Origin: a virus
Taxonomy: Duplodnaviria > Caudoviricetes
Virus record (IMG/VR): IMGVR_UViG_3300034053_000029
Span: 32,001 to 96,000 of that record
Direction: 5' to 3' (one strand)
DNA: 64,000 nucleotides
Numbering within the stretch: position 1 is the first letter of the stretch; the number at the start of each line of letters is the position of its first letter. Position numbers and translations under genes: made by a program. Shown piece by piece: positions 39,804 through 49,621 of the stretch. Under the pieces are notes generated by a model, which was not told the origin of the DNA, did no database searches, and was given only the letters and a program-made list of their open reading frames with translations.

Positions 39804-39852
39804 ATTTTACTCTCTTTTAAACTTTCGTCAACTACTTTCGTAAGTGACTGAT
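39804..39852 (-). promoter_or_regulatory. Early sigma70-type promoter cassette (copy 5)
   Basis: TTGACG-16-TAAAAT; CAACTACTTTCGTAAGTGACTGATT. Confidence 0.75.
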
Positions 39853-39859
39853 TTACAAA

Positions 39860-39890
39860 AGAAAAACCCGAAACTTTTTGGGTTTCGGGT
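39860..39890 (-). terminator. Intrinsic terminator
   Basis: ACCCGAAAC...GTTTCGGGT hairpin with adjacent plus-strand A tract. Confidence 0.7.
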
Positions 39891-40622
39891 CATCTTTGGT
39901 GCCACATTTTTTACTTTTAAGATGACCCTACATACAATCTCCCTGCTCGGAATACGCACGACCAAAGAGACTAACTGGCATTGGATTATGCCATAAGTTA
40001 GTTCTAATTGTAGTGGGTATGCGTTTCATTGGTCTTTTTATTCCTAAAAATTTATATGATTCTATTATACTTATATGGTATTTATGTAAATTGGGATTTC
40101 TCTTACAAACTGTTACAACTCTGGATGGAGTTCGTGATATAACCCGCACTACAGGGAATGTCTTTCACATTCAGTCATTGGCGACTTTTACCAATTAGCA
40201 GATAGTCTTTCCTACCAGTCAACCGTCTTTCCAGTTTGTCATCCACTTTTAGGATTTCTCCCTACTTATGATATTAGAATGTCTTTTTATTTTTGCAGAA
40301 TCCATCCAATTGTTTATTTATACTACCTGATTACTTGAGAACTGCAGACTTCATTCCACGATGACCACGCCAATGAATCTTTGCATTACCTGCCTTGGTG
40401 TATTCTACCTTGGAAACAGTTACGGTGCGTGGAAGATGAAGTTTCTCCTGAGTGCCGTTATCGTTAATGCGAGTTCCTGCAGGAATCATAACCTTTGATC
40501 CTTCGGAAATCATTGACTTGATGGTTTGGGTGGTTTGTGTTGTCTTCATATGTGATACCTTTCATAATAAATGTCGCAGTTTAAAAAGAAAGCTAGTTTG
40601 CGACATGACTAGCATTCGGAAA

Positions 40623-41000
40623 TCAAATTTTCTTTAATCCATTAATATGATCTTCACTATCCATTGTATCGGAGTGCCACATCTTATGCAGAAAATCATG
40701 GTTCAATCTAATCCAATCTTTCACTTTCTCAACATGATCAGAGGGGATTTTTACTTGTCCTGCTCTCTTTTGTGGATCATGCTCAATTGATAGGGAAAAA
40801 GAATCATCAAAATCAAATTTACCTTTAGTGTTTGAAACTTTAACTCTTGGGCCATGTTTTGCTCCACCTTTACCAGACACAAATATTGGATATTCTAATC
40901 CAGTATGCTTCGATGCCAAATTTGTCATCTCATAAAGAGACATTTGATCCGGAGCGATTATGTTATATATTGCCTCGTATAGTTGAGAAACCTTGTCCAT
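40623..41000 (-). CDS. Conserved hypothetical protein
   Basis: LYEMTNL...TGL...HGPRVKVS. Confidence 0.65.
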   Translation of the reverse strand: MDKVSQLYEAIYNIIAPDQMSLYEMTNLASKHTGLEYPIFVSGKGGAKHGPRVKVSNTKGKFDFDDSFSLSIEHDPQKRAGQVKIPSDHVEKVKDWIRLNHDFLHKMWHSDTMDSEDHINGLKKI

Positions 41001-41003
41001 ATT

Positions 41004-41288
41004 TTATCCTAGCCTAGATGACAAATCAAGACCAGATGTTTGTTGCAGATATGCAGTTTCAATTTGAAGTGGCGCTTCGATCTTAGTGACGATTGCGCCA
41101 ATAGCAATACTGACGGTTTCATCTGGTGCTGACATGATGTATGGAACTAGTGCTGCTCCCATACCTTGTTGGGTTTGCATCATTTGGAACACACGAGGCT
41201 TTTCATAAACCATACCAAACACTTCTCCAACCTCTCGTGCGATTACTTCCTCGCCGCTAACCAACTTAATAACAACTATATCACTCAT
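41004..41288 (-). CDS. Conserved T4-like small beta-barrel protein
   Basis: VIKLVSGEEVIA N-terminus. Confidence 0.65.
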   Translation of the reverse strand: MSDIVVIKLVSGEEVIAREVGEVFGMVYEKPRVFQMMQTQQGMGAALVPYIMSAPDETVSIAIGAIVTKIEAPLQIETAYLQQTSGLDLSSRLG

Positions 41289-42231
41289 TTATAATCCTTT
41301 CAATATCTAAAATACATTTTTGTTTTTCGGCATTCGCCATTGAGAGGATTTCTTTTGACCACGAAAATCCATCCAACATTTTTACTTTCGATAGTATATC
41401 TGCACCACTAGAAACAATCAAGTCTTTCGGGAAAATATTTTCATAACCAGAAAGCGTTAATGTGTTTAGACAATCAGCATCAAATAGAAGAGGAACATTA
41501 CTATTCAATGCTTCATAGAATCGATTCGCAAGACAGCTATAATCAGTATGCGTTGTCTTATCTTCAATATACAACGACGCTGCATATTTTGTCAATCCAC
41601 CAGAAAGAATATCTAGTCTAGGGATGAATCTAGAATTTACTCCAATTTCCCTAAATTTGTCGATGTTCTTTTGGTGCGTCGATGTTATGCAAGATGGAAG
41701 ATACTTAACAAACGACTCGGCACGATCTTTTCGATAAGCTCCATAGTAGCAGCACCACTTAATTTTATCATCAAAGAAATCGCTCAGAAAGCTAGATTGG
41801 AATGTTGAAGTCAAATTCGGATCAAAAATTAACGCATTCAAATTTGTCACTTCCCACCTATCAATCCACTTGGTGTTTGCCTTTAATGAATACTCCATCT
41901 TGTGATTTGCAATCACGGTATATTTCTTGTCTGCCTCTTTGACGTAAGCCCACAACAACATCGACTCACCTAGCACATAGTCATTACTCAAGAAGAATAA
42001 CTTTGCATTGGGACTATTCTTTACCCAATCGGTACTAACAAAAGAATATGCGCTTGAATGACAAAATATGATTACATCATAATCCGATTTTATATTATCG
42101 TTGACCGTTGGGTATGACCAGATCAAATCTCCACCAAAATGATCGGCAAGTATTTTGGCATTTTGCCAATGCAATGATACCTGTGGATTGCTGTTACTCG
42201 ATTTATGAGAATCTATAATTAATATTTTCAA
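41281..42231 (-). CDS. GT-B glycosyltransferase, T4 beta-glucosyltransferase-like
   Basis: MKILII start; YYGAYRKDR and LYIED...NRFYEAL resemble the T4 Bgt YGGSFR and LRVWE motifs. Confidence 0.65.
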   Translation of the reverse strand: MKILIIDSHKSSNSNPQVSLHWQNAKILADHFGGDLIWSYPTVNDNIKSDYDVIIFCHSSAYSFVSTDWVKNSPNAKLFFLSNDYVLGESMLLWAYVKEADKKYTVIANHKMEYSLKANTKWIDRWEVTNLNALIFDPNLTSTFQSSFLSDFFDDKIKWCCYYGAYRKDRAESFVKYLPSCITSTHQKNIDKFREIGVNSRFIPRLDILSGGLTKYAASLYIEDKTTHTDYSCLANRFYEALNSNVPLLFDADCLNTLTLSGYENIFPKDLIVSSGADILSKVKMLDGFSWSKEILSMANAEKQKCILDIERIINE

Positions 42232-42872
42232 ACTGAACCTTTCAAGTGCTTTGAAATTTCGTTATACCGTTGAGCAACCTTTTGATCATACCCGTTTGGT
42301 GCAGCATTCGATCCATTGTAACATAACAAGGCAGAACTTGTCGACTTGAACTTGGAAAGACAATCCTTCAAGACCCATGACCCCAAGTAAATGTTCGTAT
42401 GGATATCAAATAATTCTGGAGTTCCAATATCCTTGATTGCTGCCTTTAGCTTTGACAGATGCCATGATGGAATGACTTGCATCACTCCCAAGGCACCTGC
42501 ACCACTAATGCTATGCTTATTGAACGTGGATTCGACCTCTTGAACTGCTAGAACCAGACGGTAATCGACACCAAACTCTTCAGACCACTTGAGACTAGAC
42601 TTTGCAATTTGAATTGCGTCAGCATCATCGATCTTCTGATTTTTATTTTTAATGTAGTCTACCACCTTTTGCGTCGTTGTTTTTTGATAAAATCCTGCAG
42701 CCTCTATCGCTTGATTATACATATGACTTGAGGTCTCTTGGGTGACACTTGTACCACCAATAAACACACCAATCAGCATACCAATCTTGATGCCACGCAG
42801 AAACTTGTTCTTTAATACATACTTGCCATTTTTAAAGTAATACTCTCCCAACGATGGAATCGTTGTTCCCAT
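42228..42872 (-). CDS. Lytic transglycosylase (SLT domain)
   Basis: LAVQEVESTFN, SGAGALGVMQV, NIYLGS, YNG. Confidence 0.9.
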   Translation of the reverse strand: MGTTIPSLGEYYFKNGKYVLKNKFLRGIKIGMLIGVFIGGTSVTQETSSHMYNQAIEAAGFYQKTTTQKVVDYIKNKNQKIDDADAIQIAKSSLKWSEEFGVDYRLVLAVQEVESTFNKHSISGAGALGVMQVIPSWHLSKLKAAIKDIGTPELFDIHTNIYLGSWVLKDCLSKFKSTSSALLCYNGSNAAPNGYDQKVAQRYNEISKHLKGSV

Positions 42873-43075
42873 TTTACTTCTCCTATCGAATGATTACTCC
42901 GACTTCTGGATCAAATTGGATTTTTGCAGGTACAAGAGTACCGTTTCCATCGTCCATCAAAACATTGGGTGGTTCAAATCCAGAACCAACTTCTAAGCGC
43001 CCATTCGCCTTAGCCCATACAAAGTAATCGTAGTTAATTTGCTGAAGTTCCTTGATAAAGGAATCCAGAGATATA

Positions 43076-43648
43076 CTATTTAGCATTATGAATTCCCCAA
43101 CTTAGTGCTTGATTATAGAATGAACGAACCGACTTGTCAATGATAGCGATGTTTTCGTATATCATATTCTTTTGGATTTCACGAATCCTCTCGGAAAATG
43201 TCGTACAAATTGCCGCCTCTGCTAGTGCAGTCTCATGGTCATTCACGATACGCATACCCAATTTCTTAGCAATGGTTTGCATGGGTTTGTTATCTCGCAA
43301 ACACTCCATAACTAGCTTAGTGACACCTGATGCCTTGCACCAAGTGATAATACGCTTCATTAGATCGACACCTAGACCTTTGCCCTTATATTCATCAGAA
43401 ACTGACATACCAAGTTCATATTGGTCGGAATCGACTTTACCTAGATGAACGAAGGCAACTAGATTTGCTCCAGAGAAACACCCAAAACACACATCACCAT
43501 TCCATCGAATACGCTCGACATAAGATTCGATTCCAACATTGGTAATATTGGAAAAGAATCGTAGTCTACGGTCATCCTCATTGAGAGCAAACAAATGATC
43601 TAGAATTTGATGATCATTGGTTTCATTCAATTCACAAATTGGTAGCAT
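43076..43648 (-). CDS. GNAT acetyltransferase
   Basis: RRLRFF, SVSDEYKGKGLG, N..M..IAKKLG. Confidence 0.82.
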   Translation of the reverse strand: MLPICELNETNDHQILDHLFALNEDDRRLRFFSNITNVGIESYVERIRWNGDVCFGCFSGANLVAFVHLGKVDSDQYELGMSVSDEYKGKGLGVDLMKRIITWCKASGVTKLVMECLRDNKPMQTIAKKLGMRIVNDHETALAEAAICTTFSERIREIQKNMIYENIAIIDKSVRSFYNQALSWGIHNAK

Positions 43649-43655
43649 ATATGTC

Positions 43656-43889
43656 CTATGAATATTTTAATAGTAAAAGTATAAAGGCATTTTCTTCCAT
43701 TTCAAACCAATCGTCGCCAGAAAGTTCGGCTCGATATGAATTGGATGGTCTCGGCATCGTCTTCGCATTATGTTCGGTGATGAACATCTGCCAAGGAGAT
43801 TCATAACCAGCGGCAATATATCCTTGGACAATTACATCTTTGAACTTCTCCGGAAGATGCTCTTGCCAACAACGAATAATATTAGCCAT
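43656..43889 (-). CDS. FxLK family microprotein
   Basis: Ends EENAFILLLLKYS. Confidence 0.6.
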   Translation of the reverse strand: MANIIRCWQEHLPEKFKDVIVQGYIAAGYESPWQMFITEHNAKTMPRPSNSYRAELSGDDWFEMEENAFILLLLKYS

Positions 43890-44913
43890 CGTTTTTCAAG
43901 AGCCAACTATTACTGATTGCCTTGAATGAAGTCGATCCATCAACCGCTTTGAACACTACTCCCTCACGAGACTTTGCATTCAGTGATGGGCCTTCTGCAT
44001 ACTTTAGAATGTCATCGACCGTATTCAATTCAAGATCAGACAATCGATCAAAGTTAGCAAGGATAGGAACGTGCTTCAATCCAAATTGCTTACATAATTC
44101 TTGTCTACGAGCAGTTGACAGATATTCACATTCAACTGGATCATATATGTCAAATACATACAGGTCTTGTCCCTTGATCCCTTCCTTGTTTCCTTGGACA
44201 CCTTCACCAATCAATTCGCCACTGATTTGAATTGGTCGACCATACGCCTTCAGTTGTTCTTCCAAGTTATATTTCTTGCATACTTGAACAAACGAATTAC
44301 CTTCCTGATCCGTCTTGAGATTCATATTACGACTACAAACGGTGTAAGTCAGGTCGTTGACCAATCCAACAGAGCAAGATGATCCATCGAGTTTGATCGT
44401 GACTTCATACTCATGCTGCTTCAAGTAATAGAATTCTTTGTTAGAAAATCCTTGGATGCGCTCTTGATCGGTCTTGCGCCACTCGGACGGGAAATTACCA
44501 CGAACCGTTCCAGATAGACAAGCAGCAATTGGTGCTTCCCACTTTTGAATACGCAGTTCATCGGTAACATCTTCACCTTCAACAAAGATAGGAGATAGTG
44601 CATGATCTACCAATAATTCAATTGGTAGAATCAAACCTTGACTGATCTGACCACGCAGTTTTACTGTACGAAGACGCTCGCCCTTCACTCCGTTGTATTC
44701 TCTTGGGAAAGCACCTTTCGACAAGAACGGAGCAAGTTCAGTAGGAACCCAAGAATCGATTTCCAGATAGATAACCAGATCACCGATATTGAACTCACCA
44801 CGCTTGACAACAACCCACCAAGAATTGATCTGCGCTTTTTCAATTGCGTCTGCCCCCTCGATAGGTTGAATATCTACGATCTTTTGAATGGATGCTAGTT
44901 TACGTTCAGTCAT
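43882..44913 (-). CDS. RNA ligase, DRB0094/Rnl2-type family
   Basis: RKLASIQ...IEGADAIE, TIKLDGSS, GELIG, YVFDI, REGVVFK, FKAIS. Confidence 0.9.
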   Translation of the reverse strand: MTERKLASIQKIVDIQPIEGADAIEKAQINSWWVVVKRGEFNIGDLVIYLEIDSWVPTELAPFLSKGAFPREYNGVKGERLRTVKLRGQISQGLILPIELLVDHALSPIFVEGEDVTDELRIQKWEAPIAACLSGTVRGNFPSEWRKTDQERIQGFSNKEFYYLKQHEYEVTIKLDGSSCSVGLVNDLTYTVCSRNMNLKTDQEGNSFVQVCKKYNLEEQLKAYGRPIQISGELIGEGVQGNKEGIKGQDLYVFDIYDPVECEYLSTARRQELCKQFGLKHVPILANFDRLSDLELNTVDDILKYAEGPSLNAKSREGVVFKAVDGSTSFKAISNSWLLKNDG

Positions 44914-45422
44914 TATTAATTCGCCTTAGTCACCGAGGTCTTGAACAGGAAATTAGACAAAATATACAAACCCCATGCTTGCAGTAAAGTAATTTCACTC
45001 ACACCTGCAACCACACCAACCAAACAATAATTCCACAGCAGCATAATAGGGATTGCAAGCAATATACCAAATACAATTACCAAAGCAATAAACATCACAC
45101 CAAGAATAGCACCTTCTTTCATTTTATTTCCTTCACTCAAAAGATTCATCAATCGCCTGATACAGATCAGACTCATTTACCATATATTCTTCAGCAACCA
45201 ATTTGACTGCGAACTCAATCGGCATCCCTGCCATAACGTGCTTTCGCACTTCGTTCAGAGCATCACGATAGCAGAACATATTATTTCTCCAAAATACGAA
45301 CGGTGTAACCTTCGTCTTGCCAGTAATCGGCAAGACTTTGTGCTTGCTTCTCAGACTTACAGTTATACGCTTCGATTAGGTTATCACCAGAATAAACAAG
45401 AACTGACATTTCAATCTCCCAA

Positions 45423-45941
45423 TTAAATGAAGGACTTCGACTTACCAGTATATTCTACCTTACTTCCACACGATTTGCAACTAACTGTCTTGCGAGGATT
45501 TTGAAGGGCAAGAACAGTTTTCTTCGTCACCCAATGAGACTGACAGGTGCAAACAACTTCATAGCGAATCTTAGTGCGAGTTTGCTTGACGCTAGATACA
45601 TCATATGAATGGCACCGTGTTCCACGCCCACCAAGGCTTTTATCGACTGCCTTAAACTCAGGGCCATGTGCTTGCTTGGCATAGGGTCGCACTTTGTGAG
45701 TGACCAAATGAGCAACTTCATGGATGATCGTATCAACAAAAGATGACGCATTTTCTTTCGCCAACACTTCATTAAACTCAAGACGATTTTTCTGGCAATA
45801 TGCCAAACCTGCATGACCACCTTTGGAATAAAAGCCAACGGTTGGAACGGTAAGCCGGAGATTAGGATAAATCCGGTTAGCCTTCTCGACAATCTCGACA
45901 ACCTTAGCTTTGATGGTAGTACGATCCATGATTCGCTCCAC
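45423..45941 (-). CDS. SprT-like metalloprotease
   Basis: TIIHEVAHL, HGPEFK, CxC/CxxC; first gene after promoter copy 6. Confidence 0.85.
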   Translation of the reverse strand: MERIMDRTTIKAKVVEIVEKANRIYPNLRLTVPTVGFYSKGGHAGLAYCQKNRLEFNEVLAKENASSFVDTIIHEVAHLVTHKVRPYAKQAHGPEFKAVDKSLGGRGTRCHSYDVSSVKQTRTKIRYEVVCTCQSHWVTKKTVLALQNPRKTVSCKSCGSKVEYTGKSKSFI

Positions 45942-45961
45942 ATCGTTAGTTGATGGGATGA

Positions 45962-46012
45962 ATTATAAAGATCGTACTACATCTTGTCAACAACTTTCGT
46001 AAGTGGTTGATT
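45962..46012 (-). promoter_or_regulatory. Early sigma70-type promoter cassette (copy 6)
   Basis: TTGACA-17-TATAAT; GTCAACAACTTTCGTAAGTGGTTGATT. Confidence 0.85.
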
Positions 46013-46572
46013 TAAAAGGCTTCTACTCCAAAGTTGTCTAGTAATATTCTGGTCTGTTCGAGAGAATCTTCTAGTGCGTCATGGAATGTCTTGTCGGACT
46101 TTGCTCGAATTGCTCTAACGTCAATCCCCAAAACCTTACATAAAGTTCTCATGTCCATTTCACGATGATAGTCCCAAGGTGCAACCATCTTACACCTTGA
46201 GTAAGCGGTTTTCAATACTGCCGCATCAAAAGAAATTCCGTTTGCCCAAAAACTATACTCTTGACCATCACTAAACCATTGTTCAAATTTCAACAATGCC
46301 TCTTTGATATCGATCTGATTAGTCTGCCAAGAGTGTTGTGCTGTTTTAGATTGCTTTGCCCACCATTCACAAGTGTCTTTGCTAATGTGTAGTCCGACAC
46401 TCTTACAAGAAATTGGATCAATATTCACTTTGAATTTGTCTAGTATGACCGACCCTCGAAAATCAAACTTACATGCGCCTATCGAAACGATACACGCATG
46501 AGTTTCCGTGCTGAGTGTCTCTAGATCGACCATACAACCTTTTATGGTCTGGAATGCTAACAACTCACTCAC
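46012..46572 (-). CDS. DEDD 3'-5' exonuclease (DexA-like)
   Basis: VDLETL, WANGISFD, DMRT, HDALED. Confidence 0.85.
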   Translation of the reverse strand: MSELLAFQTIKGCMVDLETLSTETHACIVSIGACKFDFRGSVILDKFKVNIDPISCKSVGLHISKDTCEWWAKQSKTAQHSWQTNQIDIKEALLKFEQWFSDGQEYSFWANGISFDAAVLKTAYSRCKMVAPWDYHREMDMRTLCKVLGIDVRAIRAKSDKTFHDALEDSLEQTRILLDNFGVEAF

Positions 46573-47129
46573 GATAAGTTTCCAATAATGTCGCAGATAC
46601 CAAACTTCTTAGCCTCTTCTGCATTCAAATATACGTCTTGATGTGGTAACAAGTATTTCTTGATATCTTTTTCGGATATTCCTGTGAATTTTTTATAGTG
46701 CGCCAACATTCTTTCACTAGTTAGGTCGTATTCTCTTGTCGCTGCAATCAACTCATGTTGTTTTCCGACATTACCCCAACTCCAAGTGTGACTCATGATG
46801 CTTGTATTTTTTGTTAAAGTTCTAAATCCCTTTTTTCCTGCTAAGAATATCATCAATCCTGCTGATGCAATTTGTCCTAATCCAATTGTTCTAATTGGAA
46901 TATGCGACCCAATCATCACATCGATAATACTAAATGCTGCATGCATATCACCACCAGGACTATTAATCAGCATATTCAATACTTCAGGTTTATCTTCAGC
47001 AAAATTTGAATCAAATACCCATTGTGTAATTTGTTCCGATCTCTCTAAGCTAACATCACCATACAACATATAAAATGATTGATTTGGTCGCTTGTTGTCC
47101 ATCTGTAAATCATTTAGCTTTAATAGCAT
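46569..47129 (-). CDS. clpP: ClpP-like protease subunit
   Basis: INSPGGD, GQIASAG (Ser), IMSH (His), QDVYL (Asp), AKKFGICD. Confidence 0.85.
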   Translation of the reverse strand: MLLKLNDLQMDNKRPNQSFYMLYGDVSLERSEQITQWVFDSNFAEDKPEVLNMLINSPGGDMHAAFSIIDVMIGSHIPIRTIGLGQIASAGLMIFLAGKKGFRTLTKNTSIMSHTWSWGNVGKQHELIAATREYDLTSERMLAHYKKFTGISEKDIKKYLLPHQDVYLNAEEAKKFGICDIIGNLS

Positions 47130-47191
47130 AGATTCTCCAATTGTATAAATATATCAATAACATAACAAAAAGTATAACTAAAATTCGGGAG

Positions 47192-47380
47192 CTAATTGCT
47201 CCCTTCTTTTTTAGAGTACCCATTCTTGTAGTTATAACCAGTAACAAATCCTTTTGGTGCAGGAATTTGCTTCTCCATAACGAACTCACATCTATGACAG
47301 GTAACAATTTCAGAAGAAGTTCTCACCGACATTTCCTGCAAAATACCACACTGTGGACATTTATAATCAAAAATCAACAT
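47192..47380 (-). CDS. FmdB-type zinc ribbon protein
   Basis: FDYKCPQCG...CHRC. Confidence 0.7.
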   Translation of the reverse strand: MLIFDYKCPQCGILQEMSVRTSSEIVTCHRCEFVMEKQIPAPKGFVTGYNYKNGYSKKEGSN

Positions 47381-47997
47381 TAACTTTCCTTATATGATGA
47401 CATTATTTTATTATAACTGTTAAGTCTATCATCAAGACCATTGTAACCTCCATTGATAGCTTTGGTCAATCCTTTGAAGTCATTTTTATCAACAAATCGA
47501 TTCAGATCGTTCTTTGACCAGTACCAACATGCAGAAGTAATAGACCAAGATGGAGATAAAAGTAAATCTGGATTCGATATGAACTGCTCATTACCAACTG
47601 CCCATTTAGAGAAAGATGAATAATTATTCTTTCCGGTTATCTGTAGGATTCCTCTTCCTCGATATCGATACCCATCGCCAGAAGCAACGTCGCCATTACC
47701 CATTCTATTAGCATAGACTCTATTTGCAATATCCATAGGTTTTCTTGCAAAAAGTTCAGCATCTTTCTCGTTGAAGTATTTTGGAAATACTCGTAGAAGT
47801 CCTTCCTTCGAGTAATTTAAATTCTCAACAAATACCGTAAATCCACCGGACTCGTGACCACATTGAGCAAGAAATGCACAAATTCGATCCTTTGAATCGA
47901 TATTATGTTTAGGTAATATCGAATTCAAATTTTCAACAAATTCTTGGGCATTAGAACATTTTGGGAACCAAGATTTAAATTGCAAAAGATTTATCAC
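47380..47997 (-). CDS. Glycoside hydrolase family 19 endolysin
   Basis: AFLAQCGHESGG, YANRMGNG, YRGRGILQITGKNNY, INGGYNG. Confidence 0.92.
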   Translation of the reverse strand: MINLLQFKSWFPKCSNAQEFVENLNSILPKHNIDSKDRICAFLAQCGHESGGFTVFVENLNYSKEGLLRVFPKYFNEKDAELFARKPMDIANRVYANRMGNGDVASGDGYRYRGRGILQITGKNNYSSFSKWAVGNEQFISNPDLLLSPSWSITSACWYWSKNDLNRFVDKNDFKGLTKAINGGYNGLDDRLNSYNKIMSSYKES

Positions 47998-48737
47998 ATC
48001 AACCCCTCAACAGTTAGAATAAGTTCTTTACAGAATCCTGATCGACAAATATCTTGTGGATAGAAATGAATAACGTCGAACCAATTAGGCATTTTTTGAG
48101 TAACATTCAACAACCAATCGAAGCACGATTCTTCTTTTCGTTTATTTAGATCGGTTTGTTTGGTATCACCCAAAAGAATGACTTGACAATTCTCACCAAC
48201 ACGAGTTAATACGCTATAGATTTCTTGGACATTGGCGTTTTGAAATTCATCTACGATAACGATACAATCATCTAGAGTAATTCCTCTAACATATGACGTT
48301 GTAATAAACTCAACCATTTCCTTTTTGGTGAGTACTTCCCAAGCAGTACCGTTTGCACACATTTGATTAATCAACTGCTTGTATGGTATTTTATATGGAT
48401 CGGCCTTTTCTTCAAGACTGCCAGGAAGGAATCCTAGATCACGGCTTGCTACTGCACTTCTAACGATTACGATCTTTTTTGTCTTTCTAGCAAAAAGTTG
48501 CACCAAGGCATGATTTATTGCACAATACGATTTTCCAGTTCCTGCGCTTCCATGGGCAACTACATTCATACCCTCTTGCATTGCATACATCATTTGCCTC
48601 TGACCTTCGGTTAATGCACTAAATCCTTCTTTGAGAGCTAGATGATCCTTATTTATTGCTTGTCTTGGTGAGTAGCTTTTTGATGGTTGGGCAGATGGTT
48701 TCTTTGTCTTTCTTTCCTTGGTGATAGATGTTTGCAT
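47994..48737 (-). CDS. phoH: PhoH family ATPase
   Basis: GSAGTGKS, GFLPG, RGITL, DEFQN, GDTKQTD. Confidence 0.92.
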   Translation of the reverse strand: MQTSITKERKTKKPSAQPSKSYSPRQAINKDHLALKEGFSALTEGQRQMMYAMQEGMNVVAHGSAGTGKSYCAINHALVQLFARKTKKIVIVRSAVASRDLGFLPGSLEEKADPYKIPYKQLINQMCANGTAWEVLTKKEMVEFITTSYVRGITLDDCIVIVDEFQNANVQEIYSVLTRVGENCQVILLGDTKQTDLNKRKEESCFDWLLNVTQKMPNWFDVIHFYPQDICRSGFCKELILTVEGLM

Positions 48738-48760
48738 GGGTTCCTTTATTATTGTTGTTA

Positions 48761-49033
48761 TTAAATCTTACTGATGGTTGATGAAGTTGCAAGATTCGAC
48801 CCAGGAGTTCTTTCGTGGATACGTTTCAAAAGTGAATTAAACTCATTACTAGGTTTCTTTAGCCCAAGTCGAGTCGGATCGCCAAATGACGGCATTTCTA
48901 CCTTTTTAGCAACCTTACCAATAACTCCACATGAAGGACAAGGATTATTTACAGGAATATCTCTTTCAGATATTACATGTTTTTCTTCCCATTCATTTGA
49001 ACAGGAATCACATATATAATTATAATACGGCAT
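48761..49033 (-). CDS. FmdB-type zinc ribbon protein
   Basis: MPYYNYICDSC...CPSC; start trimmed. Confidence 0.72.
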   Translation of the reverse strand: MPYYNYICDSCSNEWEEKHVISERDIPVNNPCPSCGVIGKVAKKVEMPSFGDPTRLGLKKPSNEFNSLLKRIHERTPGSNLATSSTISKI

Positions 49034-49180
49034 TTTGCTCAGTCTTAATACGAAATACGTTCCACTTGGTCTGATATGTTTTAAATAATTCTTCAATTAT
49101 CCATTTTGATTTACTCATAACATGTATCTTTTGCGTTAGAGAATCTACGATCATGTATTTCATATAATGCTCCTTGAAAA

Positions 49181-49621
49181 TTATTTAACGTATTGTGGGA
49201 GTACCTCTTGAACAAGTTCCTTAGTAAGCCATGGATAAATTTCATGCAATGCTTTATCTTTAGCGGAAACTAAAATATCTGCTTCTTTTGGATTGATGCC
49301 TTCAAGCAACTGAATAAACACTTGCTCTTTTTTAATTTGTCTTGTTCTTGTGTCGGACTTTAGACAAAGCATAATTCTCTTGATACAGGATGCCAATGGT
49401 GCATATAGGTCTTGGTGGTCTGATTCATTACGATTATAAGGTGGCATTCCTTCTGGCAAAGAAAATATGACAGTAGAATCAAAATTCATTGCAAGCAAAT
49501 AATTTAGTGGTGGTAGTTGACCATAATCCCACAGGGTCGCTTTTCTATTATCCGATTTCTCGATAGCCTCAAAAAATTCGTGAGCGAATTTGGGCTTAAT
49601 ATTCTTATACTCTTTCATCAA
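49181..49621 (-). CDS. Conserved T4-like hypothetical protein
   Basis: LPEGMPPY...FIQLLEGINPKEA. Confidence 0.65.
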   Translation of the reverse strand: MMKEYKNIKPKFAHEFFEAIEKSDNRKATLWDYGQLPPLNYLLAMNFDSTVIFSLPEGMPPYNRNESDHQDLYAPLASCIKRIMLCLKSDTRTRQIKKEQVFIQLLEGINPKEADILVSAKDKALHEIYPWLTKELVQEVLPQYVK

